Origin: a virus
Taxonomy: Duplodnaviria > Caudoviricetes
Virus record (IMG/VR): IMGVR_UViG_3300027798_000092
Span: 1 to 41,060 of that record
Direction: 5' to 3' (one strand)
Length of the DNA: 41,060 bases
Positions 37,100 to 41,060 of the stretch are shown here, piece after piece. Both the position numbers and the translations under genes were made by a program. The notes under the pieces are model-generated. The model was given only the letters and a program-made list of their open reading frames with translations, did not search any database and was not told where the DNA came from. Numbering within the stretch: the first letter of the stretch is position 1; each line of letters starts with the position of its first letter.

Positions 37100-38470
37100 T
37101 TATACTGTTGTTTGTTTTCTTTTCTCCATAATTTCTTTAATTCTACTTCTATTTCTTTCTTCCTTCTGTTCTTCAAGTCCTAAGAATGTTGTAGTACTTT
37201 CTGTATCAATTTCTAACATTTCGTTATTAAACTTACAGTTTTCAAATACTACCCCGTCTTTACCAATTCTTGACTTCGTAATAGCAATAGTTGCAAGATT
37301 TAATTCTTTTTGTTGTAATGATTTTGCTACCGTAATGATAACGTGTCCTACCTGAGCTTTCTTAATTGAACCACCCATTTGGTCAGTTGTTACCACATCA
37401 GATGAAATAGAACTTCTATTACCCTGTGTTGCCGTCCAACCTGCAATATCCAATTCATGACACATAGATTCAAATGCTCTCATAACTGAACCCTCAGATT
37501 TCCATTCATCATCCATCATCTTTTCAGGTGATACACAATCAATATAATCTAAAATAACCACATCAATCTTTGTCCCGTCAGCAATCAACTTTCTAATCTG
37601 ATTCTTAATCTGATTCATTGTTAATGTGTCTGAAGGTAACTTTTTCATAATTAACTTGTTTGGCATCGTTTCCTTAATCTCAGCGATTTTTGCCATAACC
37701 TTTTCTTTATTATTACTAAGTTCATCAGGTGATATACCCGTCCAACACGTAAAATGTTTTCTCTGAATGATTTTATAGTTATCCTCAAAGAAAATCTGTA
37801 AAACATTAAACCCTAAATTAAAAGCGTGATTAGCAATCTTTGTGGTTAATGTTGATTTACCAACACCTGTGGGTGCTAATATAACACCAATTTCTCCTTT
37901 TGCCAAACCACCTTTTAAAAGATTATCAAGACCCGGTATTCCCATAGGAATTGGGTGTCTATAATCATCCGCCAATACCTCATCTAAGTCTTGAAACACA
38001 TCTCCCGTTCCTCTATCCACGTTTCCAACCTGTAACGCTCCTCTAACCATTTCTTCCAAGGTGTCGTAGTTTTCAAACTCACCGTGGTCAATGATTTTCT
38101 TAGCCTTATCCATGACTTTTTGAAGTTCTTGTTGTTTACAAAACTTCAATGCCTTTTCCTGAACAAACTGAGTACCCTCTTCGGTAACGTTTTGTATATC
38201 AGAAATAGTGTCAAGAGTTATCTTTAATAATAACTCCTGACTAATTTCACTCTTAGCTTTTTGTTGAATTGTCTCAAAACTAGGACTGTGTTCAAACTTT
38301 GAATAGTATTCTTTAACCATCTGAACAAATAATCTAAAGTATTTGTTTTCAAAATAAGTAGATTCAATCACCTCAATAATTGAGTGTGAAAAATCCTTAT
38401 CAAGTATTATTTGGTTAAGAAGTTGTAATTGGAAGGTCTCTCCCAAATAGTCAAAATTTTTGTCAGCCAT
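37100..38470 (-). CDS. dnaB: Replicative SF4 helicase (DnaB/T4 gp41-like)
   Basis: APTGVGKST, FFED, ILDYID, WTATQGNR, KSRIG. Confidence 0.92.
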   Translation of the reverse strand: MADKNFDYLGETFQLQLLNQIILDKDFSHSIIEVIESTYFENKYFRLFVQMVKEYYSKFEHSPSFETIQQKAKSEISQELLLKITLDTISDIQNVTEEGTQFVQEKALKFCKQQELQKVMDKAKKIIDHGEFENYDTLEEMVRGALQVGNVDRGTGDVFQDLDEVLADDYRHPIPMGIPGLDNLLKGGLAKGEIGVILAPTGVGKSTLTTKIANHAFNLGFNVLQIFFEDNYKIIQRKHFTCWTGISPDELSNNKEKVMAKIAEIKETMPNKLIMKKLPSDTLTMNQIKNQIRKLIADGTKIDVVILDYIDCVSPEKMMDDEWKSEGSVMRAFESMCHELDIAGWTATQGNRSSISSDVVTTDQMGGSIKKAQVGHVIITVAKSLQQKELNLATIAITKSRIGKDGVVFENCKFNNEMLEIDTESTTTFLGLEEQKEERNRSRIKEIMEKRKQTTV

Positions 38471-38495
38471 ATTATGTTTGTTATTTGAATAAATA

Positions 38496-38948
38496 TCAAC
38501 GAGCTAACTCATATCCCATGTATTCGTGTGTTAAATTTCTTGCAGACAATATGTCAGTTAGACCAAAAAGGATACCTTTTAGGAACGGACGTATGTCTAC
38601 GGTGTATCTTATCTTTGGTGGATAAAGTTTAGCATCAAACGTATAATGACACATTGTTGTATCACCATTTTTGATATAGATGTTAAACGACTCAGGTCCA
38701 TCAGTGAATGATGTGTTCAATACCTCAGGGTCTTCACTAATCTGATATTGATTGTCCAACATGTAGTTTACTGTTTTCATTTTGAAATTTTGTTTCAAAT
38801 CTGAGATGAAAACATCCATAATGTCAATCAACTCGGCTGAGTTGTGAGCCTTTGGGTTATACCCCTTAACGTTAAAAAAACGTTGTACGATAAAATTGTT
38901 GTTTACCGTCATCAAGAATTCCAGTTTGGTAATGTCTTGTTCTTTCAT
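38496..38948 (-). CDS. Hypothetical protein in the replication operon
   Basis: 150-aa ORF tightly packed between the exonuclease and helicase. Confidence 0.75.
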   Translation of the reverse strand: MKEQDITKLEFLMTVNNNFIVQRFFNVKGYNPKAHNSAELIDIMDVFISDLKQNFKMKTVNYMLDNQYQISEDPEVLNTSFTDGPESFNIYIKNGDTTMCHYTFDAKLYPPKIRYTVDIRPFLKGILFGLTDILSARNLTHEYMGYELAR

Positions 38949-38951
38949 AAT

Positions 38952-39956
38952 TTATTTTTTGTTTGTTTTTGTTTTTTCTTTTCTTGTTAACTTCATAAAT
39001 GGTTGGATGAAGTATGTCCATGCATCATCCCCTTTTGGTAGGTATTTGAACAACCCGTCCTCAACCATATATTTAATTAAGTTCTTGTAACTTCTACCTT
39101 CAATATCTAATTTTTCTGTAACAATTGATAGTATTTCTTCTTTATCTTCATCCGTCAATAAAGGATTATCTAAATCAACAATTTGTTCGTTTACTTGGAA
39201 AAATTCTTTTTCAAAGATACCTGATTTTGTTTTACCCGTTAAAAGGTTTTTTAAAGTTTGATTGTCTTTTTGTTCTTTTAACAAATCTTCCGCTCTTGTT
39301 AAAATATCGTTATAAGAAACTTCTTTTTCAAGTATCTCAGGAAAAAATTTAACTAAAGTTTTTTCACCCAAAAGAGATATACCTTCAATGTTATCTGATT
39401 TATCACCAGTTAATATCTTTAATGTCTTCACGTTATAGTGTGGGAACTCAAAGTCATCAAATTTAATCTTATCCCCGTGTTTAAACGTATCTTTAACTGA
39501 TGGTGAGTATACTGACACCTTTTCGGAAATAAGTTGTGTTAAGTCTCTGTCTGATGAAAAAATTAATTTGTTCTCATTTTCAGATACTTGGCAATAATAC
39601 GCAATTAAATCATCGGCTTCTCTTCCGCTAATCTCTAATTGTCTAATATAGACTTCTTCCAAATACTGTTTGATACGATTTTTTTGTTTTAGGTAGGACA
39701 TAAAGATAGCGTCCTCCATAACCAATCGTCGGTTTTGTTTGTATTTGGGGTAAAGAATTCCACGTAAACTCGTGGAATCTTCACCATCCCATAGTACCAC
39801 TACCTTGTCAAAGTTTTGTTCGTTAATGAATTTACGTAAAGTATTCATAAAATGATACAACGCTCCAATGTGTTCTCCATTGTGGAAATAATCCTTCACA
39901 CCATGAAACCCAATTTTCATCAGATTATTTCCGTCAACAAGTAGTGTTTTTTTCAC
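38952..39956 (-). CDS. 5'-3' exonuclease / flap endonuclease (T4 RNase H-like)
   Basis: LLVDGNN, WDG, EADD, SSDRDL, GDKSDNIEG helix-hairpin-helix. Confidence 0.92.
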   Translation of the reverse strand: MKKTLLVDGNNLMKIGFHGVKDYFHNGEHIGALYHFMNTLRKFINEQNFDKVVVLWDGEDSTSLRGILYPKYKQNRRLVMEDAIFMSYLKQKNRIKQYLEEVYIRQLEISGREADDLIAYYCQVSENENKLIFSSDRDLTQLISEKVSVYSPSVKDTFKHGDKIKFDDFEFPHYNVKTLKILTGDKSDNIEGISLLGEKTLVKFFPEILEKEVSYNDILTRAEDLLKEQKDNQTLKNLLTGKTKSGIFEKEFFQVNEQIVDLDNPLLTDEDKEEILSIVTEKLDIEGRSYKNLIKYMVEDGLFKYLPKGDDAWTYFIQPFMKLTRKEKTKTNKK

Positions 39957-39964
39957 GAACTAAA

Positions 39965-40957
39965 TTAAAATGGTTCGTTTGTAAAAGTTTCTTCAGTCTC
40001 ATCAAGAGTTATTTCACCTGTTCCTGTAAGTATTGCGTTCCAATATTGTGAATACTCTTTTTTGTATATTTCAAGAGCATCTTTATCGTCAGCAATATAA
40101 CCTTGTGCGGTTGCAATAATCTTACCATCCTTATATCCTAATCCATTGATATGGTTCTTTAGGACAGATATTTTAGTTCTGATGGCATAAGATACCGTTC
40201 TACCGTTTTTAGTTGCCGTAATGTGATTGATACCAGCGTTCTTTTGATTACCAAACAAAAATACAAGAGCCGATGCTAACCAAAGAGCCTCACCACCTTT
40301 TGCCTTAATTGTTGGTTGTCCAAATGGATTGTCAGGTAATTCAACCCAAGGTTGATTTACTACCACCATTGTGTTTGTGTATGGACAATCTTCTTTACGA
40401 GATTTGGTAATACGAGCTTGGATACCCATACCAATCTTATCCGCTAATACAGATGCGTTATGTTGTTTACCACCTTTACCGTCAAATGTCATCTTACAAG
40501 GAACTGAACCAACTGAATCCCAAAGGAAACAAAGAGAATAAGGAATGTTACCTTTTTCTTGTTCGTCTAATAGTTCGTTGATGTAATCTGTTACTTGTTC
40601 TATGTAGTCAAAATTATCATTAAAAATAAACTGACCGTCCCATTCACCATCAACCATCTTAGCTTCAAGACCAAGTTCTACTGCGTGGTCCCAACTCCAT
40701 TTTTTCTCGGTGATAACAAAAACAGGCAAATGCCCCTTCTTCTGTACAGACACAGCGGCTTTGACAAGCGCGGTCGTTTTCGAAGAGTTTGAGTGACCCA
40801 AAAACATGTTGATGTTACCCAAAGCAGGACCAGGTATACCGCAACTATTATGGAAAGCTTCACCGACTTCATAAAAGTCTGTTTCTTTATATTTTGTTTT
40901 TGTGGAATATTTGTCTTTGATTGCATCTAGTGAAAATTCTTTTTTCTTTATTGCCAT
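39965..40957 (-). CDS. RecA/UvsX-like recombinase
   Basis: GIP, P-loop GHSNSSKTT, ITE, WDSVGS, VVVNQ, KGG, KNH. Confidence 0.88.
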   Translation of the reverse strand: MAIKKKEFSLDAIKDKYSTKTKYKETDFYEVGEAFHNSCGIPGPALGNINMFLGHSNSSKTTALVKAAVSVQKKGHLPVFVITEKKWSWDHAVELGLEAKMVDGEWDGQFIFNDNFDYIEQVTDYINELLDEQEKGNIPYSLCFLWDSVGSVPCKMTFDGKGGKQHNASVLADKIGMGIQARITKSRKEDCPYTNTMVVVNQPWVELPDNPFGQPTIKAKGGEALWLASALVFLFGNQKNAGINHITATKNGRTVSYAIRTKISVLKNHINGLGYKDGKIIATAQGYIADDKDALEIYKKEYSQYWNAILTGTGEITLDETEETFTNEPF

Positions 40958-40997
40958 AAATGTCTATGATTTAAATTGTTTGTTGTTTAAAAATAAC

Positions 40998-41036
40998 AAA
41001 GGGTAGGCACTTTGTATATACTTGTACCTACCCTTT
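40998..41036 (-). terminator. Hairpin/terminator between the SSB-like gene and the recombinase
   Basis: AAAGGGTAGG (40998-41007) pairs with CCTACCCTTT (41027-41036); T-rich tail on the minus strand. Confidence 0.75.
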
Positions 41037-41042
41037 TATAAA

Positions 41043-41060
41043 TTAGAATGGTAAATCACC
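41043..41060 (-). CDS. C-terminal end of a probable single-stranded DNA-binding protein
   Basis: Reads GDLPF-stop, the typical SSB C-terminal tip, directly upstream of the recombinase; only 5 codons are visible. Confidence 0.5.
   Translation of the reverse strand, partial: GDLPF

Noticed and set aside
33675-38470. Introns, inteins or homing endonucleases in nrdA, nrdB or the helicase
   Set aside because: ORFs are uninterrupted and of ordinary length
3345-40926. Short overlapping or antisense ORFs in the track (e.g. 3351..3752, 12522..12935, 33265..33624, 37026..37355)
   Set aside because: Shadows of long, well-supported genes or of low-complexity repeats
1-41060. Stop-codon reassignment
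   Set aside because: Genes are full length under the standard code, and TAA, TGA (e.g. 616) and TAG (8512) all end genes at sensible boundaries

Overview
AT-rich fragment of a large myovirus-type (contractile-tail) phage genome, standard genetic code, almost all genes on the minus strand. In transcription order it holds: the end of a probable SSB, RecA/UvsX-like recombinase, 5'-3' exonuclease (RNase H/FEN), a hypothetical, DnaB/gp41-like helicase, class Ia ribonucleotide reductase (nrdB, nrdA), then a ~27 kb baseplate/tail-appendage block (gp25-like, gp6-like, a 1856-aa protein with a multi-helix hydrophobic core, PKD protein, gpI/gp7-like wedge, SprB-repeat proteins, a Gly-rich repeat fibre, a split DUF3751-like protein), RuvC, an inverted two-gene adhesin cassette, primase, PD-(D/E)XK nuclease, two small ORFs and a truncated Mre11/SbcD-like nuclease. 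SprB repeats and the lack of obvious Shine-Dalgarno motifs suggest a Bacteroidota host (inference). The two most unusual signals are (1) a modular, Cys-rich appendage kit made of paralogous small SprB-like domains paired with CC-domain adhesins and Thr/Pro linkers, and (2) a TA(T/A)TTAT motif exactly 5 nt before the ATG of six structural genes, plus TTGACA/TTTACT-17-TAT promoters 6-8 nt before ATG, implying largely leaderless mRNAs. All assignments come from motif recognition by eye; no searches were run.
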